Shown in pieces: positions 31,038 through 40,705 of a DNA stretch of 49,373 nt. This DNA is from a virus. The stretch's first letter is position 1, and every line of letters starts with the position of its first letter. Below the pieces are notes generated by a model. The model had not been told where the DNA came from. It worked only from the letters and a program-made list of their open reading frames with translations, and did not search any database. Where the stretch lies: positions 1-49,373 of the IMG/VR virus record IMGVR_UViG_3300017613_000725. One strand, written 5' to 3'. The position numbers and the translations under genes are program-made.

Positions 31038-33181
31038 TGGCTAAAACGCAAGTAAAAAGCAAAGAAGTCCAGAAATCAGAAGATATACTCGCAAGGTATA
31101 ACCAAAACGACAGGTCTGAATGGGCTGACCAGGCAGTTGAAGACCGTGATTACAAAATGAATTGTTCGTGGGAAAAGGCTGATGCGAAGTCTATAAGGGC
31201 AGCCGACCAGATGGTTACTAAGGATAATGAGATTTTACCTGCTATTGATTTGATGGTGGCTATGATAACCGAGAACAACCCAAGGTGGGTATTTTCAGGC
31301 GCAGAACCTTCTGATAGCGGGGTAGCTTCTGCTATTTCGGATTTACACGCACATATATGGAAAGAATCTAACGGGACGTATATAAATGAAAGAACCGTCA
31401 CCGATAACGAAGACACAGGCACGGGTGCTTTCCAGGTATATATAGACCCTTACGCAGATTTCGGCAAGGGGGAGATTAAAGTAGCGGCTCTTGACCCTCT
31501 TGATATATATATAGACCCTAATTCTAAATTGCCCGACTCAAGCGATGCGTCACATATTATAGTAAAAAAAATCCTCACAGAAGAACAACTTGAAGAGGAC
31601 GGTATCAGCAAAGAAGGGATGGAGATGATGGGCGGAGACGACCACCCCACCTCTACGTTAGAAAAAGCAGACGGACAGGTACAGTATCCTGAATTAACCG
31701 AGATCAATACCTACGAGGCGATAGACAGATATACAAAAATTAAAACAAAAAGATTCCACGTTTTCGACCCTATAAGTGGATATGAAAATACATTCACAGA
31801 AGATGAATATAAAAACTATGCACAAGAACCCGCAGTTATAATCGTAAGGGCGGGAGTGGAAAACTATGAAACCAGACCTTTCAAGGTCAAGGAACTTATC
31901 CAGTTGGCACAGCAATTTAATGGACTTTTCCATCAAATAGTTGACCCGACAACAGGGGAGATAGTTCCTATGGCTGGAGCGGAACACGGGGGGAGTTCCG
32001 TTGCCGGCTCTACCACGCAGCTTATTGTAACGACCAAGACCGAGTTGATAGGCAGCGTTATAAAGGTTGACTTCCCGAAGATTCCGAGGATTAAAAGAGT
32101 TTATTCGATAGGGGGTAAAGAGATAGTAAATGATATAATGCCTATCGAGGATTACCCTATTGTCACGTTTATGCTTCACCACCAGCGTAATCCATACCCG
32201 ATGAGCGATATACGATTAGTGAAGTCGAAACAACAGCAACTTTGTAAAATATCTTCATTGATTATAGCTTATAACCAGAACATAACTAACGTAAAGGGTT
32301 TCTACCCCGAAGGCGGGAAGTTAGGCAAGGAACTTGAAAAACGTGGAGGTAAGGCGGGGGCACAATGGTTTGGGTATGATGCAGACGTGGAGAAGCCGCC
32401 GTTTATAATCCAATTAACGCAGATGTCAACTGCTTTGTATGAGGAGAAAAGACAACTACAAGAAGAGATAAGACATATTATAGGAGCATACTCAACCCTC
32501 CAGGGTGATAATCAGAATGCTCCGAGGACAAAGGGCGGTACTCAGCTAATTGATGAGTTCGGACAACGCAGAGTAGCATTAAAGAGGAAGAGATTAGAAA
32601 GTGCTTTAAACCAAACAGCTAAAGTTATATCTCAAATGATACCAAAAACTTACACTGAAGAGAAGGTGATAAGGATAGTAGCACCGAACCATAAATCAAG
32701 GTCTGTTGCTTTCAATCAAAGGCATCCTGAGAACGCTTCACAGATTATAAATGACCTTTCAGTAAGGTATGATGTTGAATGTATCTCAAGCTCTACCTTA
32801 CCGACTAATAAAATGCAACGCTTTGATATGATGAACACCGCATTCCAAACTGGTGTGATAAGAGACAACACCGCAGTTATACAATATATGGACGTACCTG
32901 ATGTTGAGTCTTTGATTGAAAGAGAAGATAAGATAAGACAATTCGAGCAGGCACTTCAGCAGGCACGGGAAGAGATTAAGAAACTTCAAGGCGACCTTCA
33001 GACAGCAAACAGAGCCGAAGTACAGTCACGTAAGAAAGTAGAGGTTGAGAAATTCAAAGGTGGCTTAGACCAGCAGAAGAACAGAGTCGAAAGAGATGTT
33101 ATGGTGACATCACAGAGGTTAACAGACGAAGTGAAAAAAGCAAAAGAAGACAACAACAGCGATAAAAATAAGGGGAAATAA
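31037..33181 (+). CDS. portal protein
   Basis: 714 aa, follows terL; C-terminal coiled-coil/basic tail. Call rests on position and size. Confidence 0.7.
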   Translation: MAKTQVKSKEVQKSEDILARYNQNDRSEWADQAVEDRDYKMNCSWEKADAKSIRAADQMVTKDNEILPAIDLMVAMITENNPRWVFSGAEPSDSGVASAISDLHAHIWKESNGTYINERTVTDNEDTGTGAFQVYIDPYADFGKGEIKVAALDPLDIYIDPNSKLPDSSDASHIIVKKILTEEQLEEDGISKEGMEMMGGDDHPTSTLEKADGQVQYPELTEINTYEAIDRYTKIKTKRFHVFDPISGYENTFTEDEYKNYAQEPAVIIVRAGVENYETRPFKVKELIQLAQQFNGLFHQIVDPTTGEIVPMAGAEHGGSSVAGSTTQLIVTTKTELIGSVIKVDFPKIPRIKRVYSIGGKEIVNDIMPIEDYPIVTFMLHHQRNPYPMSDIRLVKSKQQQLCKISSLIIAYNQNITNVKGFYPEGGKLGKELEKRGGKAGAQWFGYDADVEKPPFIIQLTQMSTALYEEKRQLQEEIRHIIGAYSTLQGDNQNAPRTKGGTQLIDEFGQRRVALKRKRLESALNQTAKVISQMIPKTYTEEKVIRIVAPNHKSRSVAFNQRHPENASQIINDLSVRYDVECISSSTLPTNKMQRFDMMNTAFQTGVIRDNTAVIQYMDVPDVESLIEREDKIRQFEQALQQAREEIKKLQGDLQTANRAEVQSRKKVEVEKFKGGLDQQKNRVERDVMVTSQRLTDEVKKAKEDNNSDKNKGK

Positions 33182-33184
33182 ATA

Positions 33185-33919
33185 ATGGCAACAACAACTT
33201 TTGATGCGTTGAAAGCCGCATTAGACAGAACAAACGTGGGTTACGAAACAAGTTTGGGAAAATCAACCGTAGTCTCAACTGATTATTGTGTTTTAATGGA
33301 TACCAACAACCAAGTTAAATTAGGATTGGTAACTGATGTGGTAGGCGACCCTGACCATAATCTGGCGGGTGCTACGACATTAACTGGTGCTGTCACAATG
33401 GTCGGGGCTTTAACCCACGATGTTGATCTTGGAACAACTTGGGGAGCAGGTCTTATTGGTACTGGCGTTGCGCCTAAAGCATACCGTAGAACAGAAAACG
33501 GTGTGATTATCACTACATATAAGATTGATCTTACTGGTCTTACAGCAAAGGGAACTGACGATGATTGTATTGGTCTTAAGGTTGGCGCCGCTGATTCTTA
33601 CTTTGATCAATATACTATTGCTACTCATGGTGTTCTTTTCAAAACTGAGATGATCTGTGTAGAGACTCTTGCGGGTGCAGCTACTGTTGAGGTTGATTTA
33701 TCGGCTGCTGCTGCTGCAAAGGAATATGATGAGGCTGTTGGAGATAAGTTCCTTGATTCTGGAATTACTGCTGCTGGTCAGAGTGCTGTCGATCTTGTAA
33801 ATACTCCTACTGCGGATCATTATTTACATATTGTTGAGAGTGATGATGTTGGTGATGACAGCGTATTTACCGCTGGTCAGTTGATAATTATACTTTATGG
33901 ACACCCCGTATTAACATAG
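33185..33919 (+). CDS. virion structural protein (Ala/Gly/Thr-rich; decoration or head-associated candidate)
   Basis: Sits between portal and scaffold; composition typical of abundant structural proteins. Confidence 0.5.
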   Translation: MATTTFDALKAALDRTNVGYETSLGKSTVVSTDYCVLMDTNNQVKLGLVTDVVGDPDHNLAGATTLTGAVTMVGALTHDVDLGTTWGAGLIGTGVAPKAYRRTENGVIITTYKIDLTGLTAKGTDDDCIGLKVGAADSYFDQYTIATHGVLFKTEMICVETLAGAATVEVDLSAAAAAKEYDEAVGDKFLDSGITAAGQSAVDLVNTPTADHYLHIVESDDVGDDSVFTAGQLIIILYGHPVLT

Positions 33920-33976
33920 GGGTTTTTAACAATAAATAGTGGTTAACCCGCAAGGAAATCACGAAAGGGGAAAATT

Positions 33977-34810
33977 ATGGAAAATCAAGATGTGAACTCG
34001 ATTGATGATACATCAAACGAAAACAACACGTTACCTGATGACCTGTTTGAAGAAGTTTCTCTCGAAGAAAACCAGCAACCGACTCCTGAGAGTCATATAG
34101 CTGATTCTTCACCAGAGAACACAACGATAGAAGAGACCCAGCCACCGGCTGGGCAGGAAGAGGATATTCCAGATAAGGAAAATCCCGATTCTTATAAATA
34201 TTGGCAGGGAGAGGCTGATAAACGGAAAGCCGAGTTAGAGTCTTTCAAAAACCAATACGCCCAAGATAAACAAGCTTGGGATAACGCACAGAGGGAGATT
34301 GCTTCTGTAAAAGAGCAATTAAACCCGCCAGTCGAACCTGTGCTACCGCCTGAATTAAGGGACTCATACGATGATCCCTTAGACGAGGTGAAAGACCTGA
34401 AGGAGAATTTAAGATACGTTCTTAAAGAAACCCAAGGGATGAGACAGGAGTCGGCACAAGAAAAACAAGTAAGGAAAAATCAAGAGGAAGCTGCGAGATT
34501 CAAGGCTTACTCTCTTGGTGAACTCCAAAAACAACCGGGGTATGACTTAGAGAAAGCTAACAGGGCTTTGGAGTGGTACGGTAAATCACGAACAAGCCCA
34601 GAGGAATACTATAAAGATATAGCAATGGTTTATAGTATTATCGAAGGTCAGGCTCCAAATAACAGAGAACAAGAAATCCAGCAAAGGGTTAACCGGCAGG
34701 GTGAAACTCTCCCCTTGGGGGTAAAGACATCTGAAACCGAAACCAAAAAGAAAAGTGACGATATCGAGTTCTTTGATGATATGAATACAGAAAATTTTGG
34801 AAATTATTAA
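33977..34810 (+). CDS. scaffolding protein candidate
   Basis: Acidic, Q/E-rich and helical; immediately upstream of the major capsid gene. Confidence 0.5.
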   Translation: MENQDVNSIDDTSNENNTLPDDLFEEVSLEENQQPTPESHIADSSPENTTIEETQPPAGQEEDIPDKENPDSYKYWQGEADKRKAELESFKNQYAQDKQAWDNAQREIASVKEQLNPPVEPVLPPELRDSYDDPLDEVKDLKENLRYVLKETQGMRQESAQEKQVRKNQEEAARFKAYSLGELQKQPGYDLEKANRALEWYGKSRTSPEEYYKDIAMVYSIIEGQAPNNREQEIQQRVNRQGETLPLGVKTSETETKKKSDDIEFFDDMNTENFGNY

Positions 34811-34821
34811 AGGATTAAAAA

Positions 34822-36153
34822 ATGGCTTCAGCAACAGCCGCAGTTCGTAATTTATATACGGGGACAACTTCGGGGGTTCTCTACACGGACAGGCGAAATT
34901 TCTACTTAAAGCCAAGTAAGTATGCGGAATTATTTCCTAATGTAACACCGTTCTTAACTTTCACTATGAGAGCTAATTTCAGGACAGGATTACAAGACCC
35001 AGTATTTAAGCTCTTCGAACACAGAGCACCATTCGAAAGAAGGGTGATGTCGAATAACGGCTCAACCGTTACTATCGCAGCCGCCGCAACAGGCGCCGCA
35101 GCAGAATCATCCGCCGTAACAGTTGATGGTTTCACAGGTCTTAATCCCTCCACAGTGGATGCAAGTTGGGAAGGGTATCAATTTGAAGTTTGGGATTCAA
35201 CTGGGACAACCTTTAGGGGCTTATGTATAGTCTCTGAAGGTACTGGTACGAATACACTTAAATTCAAGAACCTTGGCAAAACTGCGATAGCGACAGTCGA
35301 TAATGACTTGTTTATCCAGAAAGGTCAAGCAACCGAGGAAGGTGTTGTATCACCGGCTGCTAACTCAGATGAATTAGTAGTTGTGTTCAACCAGGCTCAA
35401 ATCTTCAGAACACCATTAGAAATAACAGGCACGTTGGCACAAGCATCCTTGAGGGGTGCAAACAAAGACTTAGCGAGACTAAGACGAAACAAAATGCAAC
35501 TACATAAAGTTAACCAGGAAGGTGCGTTCTTGTGGGGCGAATCTCCATTAGGGACAAACTTAGATGCCTCATCTGATACGTTCAGCGACTTGGATAAGCT
35601 GGTAAGAACATCAGGTGGGAAACCTGTCAGGACTACCACGGGGGCAGCTTCGGCGGTAAGATTATACGGTGCTTCTACGGGAGATATGAAATCTTATTGG
35701 GCAGGTATCAGCAAGGCAACTGATACCTATGATGACTTCGTTGATAGAATGGAAATTGCATTCCAGTATGTACCTAACAGTGGCAGGAAACCCTGCTTTG
35801 TGGGTGGTGGTGTTATGTCGCATCTTGCTAAGAAGGCAATGGAAAAGAATTCCGGTTGGGCTATAAATGTGTCCGACAGCCGTAAGAGTGATAGTGGGTT
35901 CGATATTAGAGAACTTATAACACCTCACGGTTCGTTAGATTTAATTTATACTCATTCATTCAAGTACGAGCATAAAAATGATATGCTTTTAATTGACCCG
36001 GCTAATATTGAGTACGTCCAGTACAGACCAAGTGCATTCAGAGCCAATATCAAAACTGATGATGGCTATGATGGTATCAAAGATGAATATTTCTCTGATG
36101 CCGGGCTTGGTATAACTAACATCAAATCTCATCAACTAATGATATACAAATAG
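34822..36153 (+). CDS. major capsid protein candidate
   Basis: 443 aa after the scaffold, with an AAGGA SD; call rests on position and size. Confidence 0.65.
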   Translation: MASATAAVRNLYTGTTSGVLYTDRRNFYLKPSKYAELFPNVTPFLTFTMRANFRTGLQDPVFKLFEHRAPFERRVMSNNGSTVTIAAAATGAAAESSAVTVDGFTGLNPSTVDASWEGYQFEVWDSTGTTFRGLCIVSEGTGTNTLKFKNLGKTAIATVDNDLFIQKGQATEEGVVSPAANSDELVVVFNQAQIFRTPLEITGTLAQASLRGANKDLARLRRNKMQLHKVNQEGAFLWGESPLGTNLDASSDTFSDLDKLVRTSGGKPVRTTTGAASAVRLYGASTGDMKSYWAGISKATDTYDDFVDRMEIAFQYVPNSGRKPCFVGGGVMSHLAKKAMEKNSGWAINVSDSRKSDSGFDIRELITPHGSLDLIYTHSFKYEHKNDMLLIDPANIEYVQYRPSAFRANIKTDDGYDGIKDEYFSDAGLGITNIKSHQLMIYK

Positions 36154-36165
36154 GAGGGTGAGAAT

Positions 36166-36633
36166 ATGGCTTGGAAATTAGACCCGAAAGGGGCAGTAGC
36201 GGGTACTTTCAACGAAAGTGACAACTACCCAACGATGACAGAAACTGTTACATTGGGCGGGACAGCAGACTCGGTAAGATATAGTTCTGCTTTTGCAGTC
36301 CCCCCAGGTAGGGGATACAGTGTTATAAGTAACACATCAGCTACGGATACATCTGATTCAATATCTGATTGGTTATATGTTAGTTGGGATAATACTACTT
36401 TCGTACAGCATAGGAAACTAAGGGACTGTAATTATGCAGATGACACAGCCCAAGGGACTTCTTATGTAGATTGTGACGCAACCAAACGAGTAAGGTATGT
36501 AGACCCTGCTCATTGTGGTCCATTCCCTTATATGAAGATTGGTTTGATACAGGGTGGTATTGAATCAACAGGTATGACGATAGGTTTAGCCGTTACATTA
36601 GGCGAACGACCAAAGGGAAGTTTCAACGAATAG
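36166..36633 (+). CDS. capsid-associated protein
   Basis: AGGAGGG SD; followed by a terminator hairpin. Confidence 0.55.
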   Translation: MAWKLDPKGAVAGTFNESDNYPTMTETVTLGGTADSVRYSSAFAVPPGRGYSVISNTSATDTSDSISDWLYVSWDNTTFVQHRKLRDCNYADDTAQGTSYVDCDATKRVRYVDPAHCGPFPYMKIGLIQGGIESTGMTIGLAVTLGERPKGSFNE

Positions 36634-36968
36634 TGCTAAACGGGGAGGTTAAAGCCCTCCCCCTTTATATGGAAAAAATATTTTGGATAGATAAAAAAGG
36701 CAGGATTATCTCAGGTGACACGCATACTAACCTTGTGTTACAGAGAGGACACCCCGATATGCTGGGACTAACTGCAAGAGAATACGCTATCGAAAGTTGG
36801 GATTGGATAAGATGCAGAAAAGAACCTAACGCAAGGGGTGGTTACGTGGTAGAGGTATGGGAGCATACCCCATCTACGAGAAGAAGATTAGAGAACGTGT
36901 TCAAAGTAGGGCAGGTTGTGGAGTTGGAAAGTTTGAAAAACAAAAAGATGAAGACGGTTGTATTATAA
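36633..36968 (+). CDS. hypothetical protein (GTG 36633 or ATG 36669)
   Basis: Track ORF. The first 12 codons coincide with the terminator hairpin, so ATG 36669 is plausible. Confidence 0.5.
   Translation: MLNGEVKALPLYMEKIFWIDKKGRIISGDTHTNLVLQRGHPDMLGLTAREYAIESWDWIRCRKEPNARGGYVVEVWEHTPSTRRRLENVFKVGQVVELESLKNKKMKTVVL
36642..36667 (+). terminator. intrinsic terminator after the capsid genes
   Basis: GGGGAGG-ttaaagc-CCTCCCC then CTTTAT. Confidence 0.5.
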
Positions 36969-36978
36969 CGAAAAACAA

Positions 36979-37452
36979 ATGATAAAGGTTAATCACTTAT
37001 CACAATATTATCCATTATTTAAGGATAAGACGGTAGTTGATATAGGATGCAACGCAGGGGTGATAACAGAAAGAATAGCAGAATACGCAGAAAAAGTTTA
37101 CGGTGTAGAAAAAGACATTAAATGGGTAAGAGAAACACCCAAAGACAACATAGAGTATGTGAACCTTCCGATAGGAGAGTTCCTTATGAGAGGGTGCGAT
37201 TATAATGCGGCTTATGCGTCTTGTGTTTTATACTATCTAACGAATGCAGAAATAAATTTAATAGAAAAAATATTATTCCCTAAGTGTGATTTGATAATGT
37301 TTGTTAGTTACGAAGTCAAGCCAGACTTAGGAAATAATGGTTTATTCCTTAGTAAGTGGCAGAATATAAATAACTGGTTACAGAAAAACGGATTCAAAAC
37401 AGAAGTAAAGGACGATCATCTTAAATGGGCGACAATAATAGGGACGAAATAG
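36979..37452 (+). CDS. class I SAM-dependent methyltransferase (FkbM-like motif I)
   Basis: VVDIGCNAGVITERIA...VYGVEKD. Confidence 0.6.
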   Translation: MIKVNHLSQYYPLFKDKTVVDIGCNAGVITERIAEYAEKVYGVEKDIKWVRETPKDNIEYVNLPIGEFLMRGCDYNAAYASCVLYYLTNAEINLIEKILFPKCDLIMFVSYEVKPDLGNNGLFLSKWQNINNWLQKNGFKTEVKDDHLKWATIIGTK

Positions 37453-38870
37453 AACTAAAAATTAGTTTTGTAGTCGTGGATTCACGTTCAGACAAACACC
37501 CCGAATGGGTGAGTGTTTGTATTGAGTCGATCCGAAAGCAAAATATACCGGTAGAGCTTATAATAGTTAATAACGTAGGCAGGAAGAAATCCATAGGCGA
37601 GTGTTATAATCGGGGAGTTCGAGAGGCTAAGTGTGATCTGGTAGTCTTCGTAGGAGATGATGATTATGTGAGTTTCGATTACGCTGAGATTTTATGGCGA
37701 TGGTTTAATGATGAAGAAGTTAAAAAGAATAATGTAGTCAGGGTATCGACTTGTATGACTGCTTTCGATGAAGAAACGGGGAACAGTTTCCCCTTACAAA
37801 GAGAATCTACGGGTTGCTGGAAGCGTGACTATTTGTTAGAACATCCTTTTAATGAAGAATTGGAAAGCGGAGTTGACAGGGAGCTTGTAGAGGAAACGCA
37901 GAAGCGAAACGATATGATGGTGTCTATAAATTATTATCACGGATATTTTTATAGAAAACACGAAGATTATTCTTGTGCGGGTGATTTGATATTCAAGTTA
38001 CCAGATGAGCCACCCGACTATTACTTTGTTTCCTCCAACAGGATATTCTTAAAACCCATTACCGATAGGTTAGAGAATGTATTTGTTGATGGGGGCTTCA
38101 ATCCGAAGTTCGCCGAGAAAGCGAAGGTAGTTTGGGTTGAGTGGGCTAATAAGAAAGCCATTGATGTATCACACGCCAAATTAGATGCGGTTAAGATTTT
38201 AAGAGCACACGCATTTGAAGCGTTTACAGAATACGCACACGAAATAAACTGGAACGGATTTGATTATGTGATATTTATAGACGATTACATCAAAGATTAT
38301 GTGGAAAGACAATTCGGCAAAGTAAATGGTGCAGTGGTTATGCCTAATGGGGTTGACTTAGAAAAGTTTACGCTTCCGAATGATTTCCGAAAAAACAACA
38401 AAATAGCATACGCAGGTTATCTAACGAGAAAGAAGGGCATAGGAGAACTTCTTTTATTAGCTAAATCATTCCCTGAGTATGAATTTCATTTAGCGGGGAA
38501 GTATCAGGAGAACGATATAGCAGATTGGTTTAATCATAAGAAACCCGACAATGTATTTATCTACCCGTGGCAATACGAGGAAGCTATGAATGAGTTCTAC
38601 CAAGACAAGACATTCATCTTAAACACCTCAATGAGAGAATCGCAAGCTATGACGTTGATGGAAGGAATGGCTTGCGGATTAAAACCTTTGGTGGCAGATT
38701 GGATAGGAGCTAAAGAAATATATAACGGTGGGGTGTACCAGAATATACAAGAGTTCGGGGAACTTTTAGAAGGTTCATATGAGCCAGAAAAGTATAGAGA
38801 GTTCGTGAAAGAAAATTACGACTTTGAAAACACATATAAAGAAATTGAAAAATTATTAGAGGCTAAATAA
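37425..38870 (+). CDS. two-domain glycosyltransferase (N-terminal GT2-like, C-terminal GT4/GT1-like)
   Basis: ISFVVVDSRSD...IIVNN...VFVGDDDY (GT-A with a DxD motif); YAGYLTRKKGIGELL...ESQAMTLMEGMACGLKPLV (GT-B with an E-x7-E region). Confidence 0.75.
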   Translation: MGDNNRDEIELKISFVVVDSRSDKHPEWVSVCIESIRKQNIPVELIIVNNVGRKKSIGECYNRGVREAKCDLVVFVGDDDYVSFDYAEILWRWFNDEEVKKNNVVRVSTCMTAFDEETGNSFPLQRESTGCWKRDYLLEHPFNEELESGVDRELVEETQKRNDMMVSINYYHGYFYRKHEDYSCAGDLIFKLPDEPPDYYFVSSNRIFLKPITDRLENVFVDGGFNPKFAEKAKVVWVEWANKKAIDVSHAKLDAVKILRAHAFEAFTEYAHEINWNGFDYVIFIDDYIKDYVERQFGKVNGAVVMPNGVDLEKFTLPNDFRKNNKIAYAGYLTRKKGIGELLLLAKSFPEYEFHLAGKYQENDIADWFNHKKPDNVFIYPWQYEEAMNEFYQDKTFILNTSMRESQAMTLMEGMACGLKPLVADWIGAKEIYNGGVYQNIQEFGELLEGSYEPEKYREFVKENYDFENTYKEIEKLLEAK

Positions 38871-39988
38871 TGGCAACATTTGGAGAGTTAGTGCAGGACA
38901 GAGTTGGGACTTTCTCAAACACCGACTTATTAGACCACGCACTTACCGCAGCCGGGAGGATAGTCATAGACCACCTATTTATGAAGTATGGTGAGAATAA
39001 CTTCAGATTAGAACTCTATTATACTGACAAAACAGATTCAGACGGCTCTACCGGGATAGCTGTAACTGGTGGCAGGGTTATAGGCGCACATAAATCAGGT
39101 TACAAAGCAACTAAAATAGATTATAAAGACAAAGCTCTGTTTAGTCTTGCGACTTCGATTTATAACGCAGTAGCAACAAGCCCTGTATATTATTTAGAGA
39201 AGACCAAGGGTTACGTATTACCGGGTGGTGGTACTTTAAATTGGGTAGCTTACCCCACAGTAGGAAACGGTGATAGTGCAATATCAAATTTCCCACCCGA
39301 AGGTTATCCCGTTGTGGTGTTATATGCCTCTATCCAGGCGCAGATGGCGATTATACAAACATTAGTAGCGACTACAATGAGTGGTATAACGTGGGCGGCT
39401 GTAACTGACGTGGCTACTGTACCCTCGGCGCCCGCATTTACTTGGACAGACGCAGTAATAGGGACTTATACAGCGACTACGTTAGGGACTACGGCAACAG
39501 TACCTACATATACCAAGCCAACGCAAACATTTGATATGACGCAATTCGAGACGTTCCTTGAAACCAGCAAAGACGTTGAGCTTGCCCAGGCGCAATTAGG
39601 AAGATTAAAGAATGAAATAGAAGAATATCAATTAGATATTCAGAATGAGTTGAATGAGTTTAATAAGGAAATGGCTGCTTACCAAGGCGTTATACAACAG
39701 GAAATCGAACAGGCAAGATTAACACAAAACCAAATATTAAAATTAGCTGAAGACACCACTGAATTAAATAAATTCAACGAGTTAAAGACACTTGAAGAGC
39801 AGATAGCAGAATATCAAGGTGATTTAGGAAAATATCAAGGCGATATACAGGATTATTCAGCGAAGGTTAATGAAGAAGCCCAGAGAGTGAACTCGTTAGT
39901 AAGCCAATATTCATCTATGGTACAGCCTTATCTGTCGGTTTTAGAAAGTTTAAGACAAGAATATACAACCTTGCTGGAGACATTATGA
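38870..39988 (+). CDS. virion structural protein with a C-terminal coiled coil
   Basis: Long heptad region (ELAQAQLGRLKNEIEEYQLDIQNELNEF...); position in the structural module. Confidence 0.5.
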   Translation: MATFGELVQDRVGTFSNTDLLDHALTAAGRIVIDHLFMKYGENNFRLELYYTDKTDSDGSTGIAVTGGRVIGAHKSGYKATKIDYKDKALFSLATSIYNAVATSPVYYLEKTKGYVLPGGGTLNWVAYPTVGNGDSAISNFPPEGYPVVVLYASIQAQMAIIQTLVATTMSGITWAAVTDVATVPSAPAFTWTDAVIGTYTATTLGTTATVPTYTKPTQTFDMTQFETFLETSKDVELAQAQLGRLKNEIEEYQLDIQNELNEFNKEMAAYQGVIQQEIEQARLTQNQILKLAEDTTELNKFNELKTLEEQIAEYQGDLGKYQGDIQDYSAKVNEEAQRVNSLVSQYSSMVQPYLSVLESLRQEYTTLLETL

Positions 39989-40704
39989 CAACAATAGAAA
40001 TGATAGATTCTGTTAGACAACTTTTCCCTTCAATAGGGGAGACGCAGATTGTACTTGAAATAGACAGGGCGCAGAAGAAGTTTTGCAGGAAGACTAAAGT
40101 GCTTAAAAAAGTAGGTTCTTTAGCGACCTTAACATCTAAGGCTTATTGGGATTGCCCAAGCGATTTCGTTGAATTATACGAAGTGGAGTTATACGACTCA
40201 GCCTATGCGCCCTTGAATAAAGTAGATGAAGATTTAGATTGGTATATAGACGGACAGACAACTGCGAGCAAGTATATCGGGCAGTTAAGATTTTATTCCA
40301 CTAACGGGACTGAGATAAGCACAATACCTACCTCCATATCATATATTCTCACAAGGTATGCAGTAACCCCTACTACGTTAGCGACAAGGGCAACGGCGTT
40401 AGAAGTAGTAGAAGACGACCAGACTGAGGGGATATTTGCACTTGTGCTGGAAAGTTTTTACGCAAGAACGCCACAACCGTTAGGAGTTGACAGAGGCGGC
40501 AATCCCGTAATGGGTATCAATTTCAACGCAGTTAAATACTGGGCTGCCAAAGCAAAAGAAATAGAAATAGACACTAAAAGATGGGTAAACCAGAAGGACT
40601 CTACACCAAGAGAGGCAACTAATTATCAACACGCAGGTATGTATTCGTTACCCAAAGAACATACAGATGCCGTTTTAGTGGCGGCAGCAACGAGCTGGAC
40701 GTAA
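39985..40704 (+). CDS. head-tail adaptor / tail tubular A-like candidate
   Basis: Position and size only. Confidence 0.35.
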   Translation: MTTIEMIDSVRQLFPSIGETQIVLEIDRAQKKFCRKTKVLKKVGSLATLTSKAYWDCPSDFVELYEVELYDSAYAPLNKVDEDLDWYIDGQTTASKYIGQLRFYSTNGTEISTIPTSISYILTRYAVTPTTLATRATALEVVEDDQTEGIFALVLESFYARTPQPLGVDRGGNPVMGINFNAVKYWAAKAKEIEIDTKRWVNQKDSTPREATNYQHAGMYSLPKEHTDAVLVAAATSWT

Positions 40705-40705
40705 T

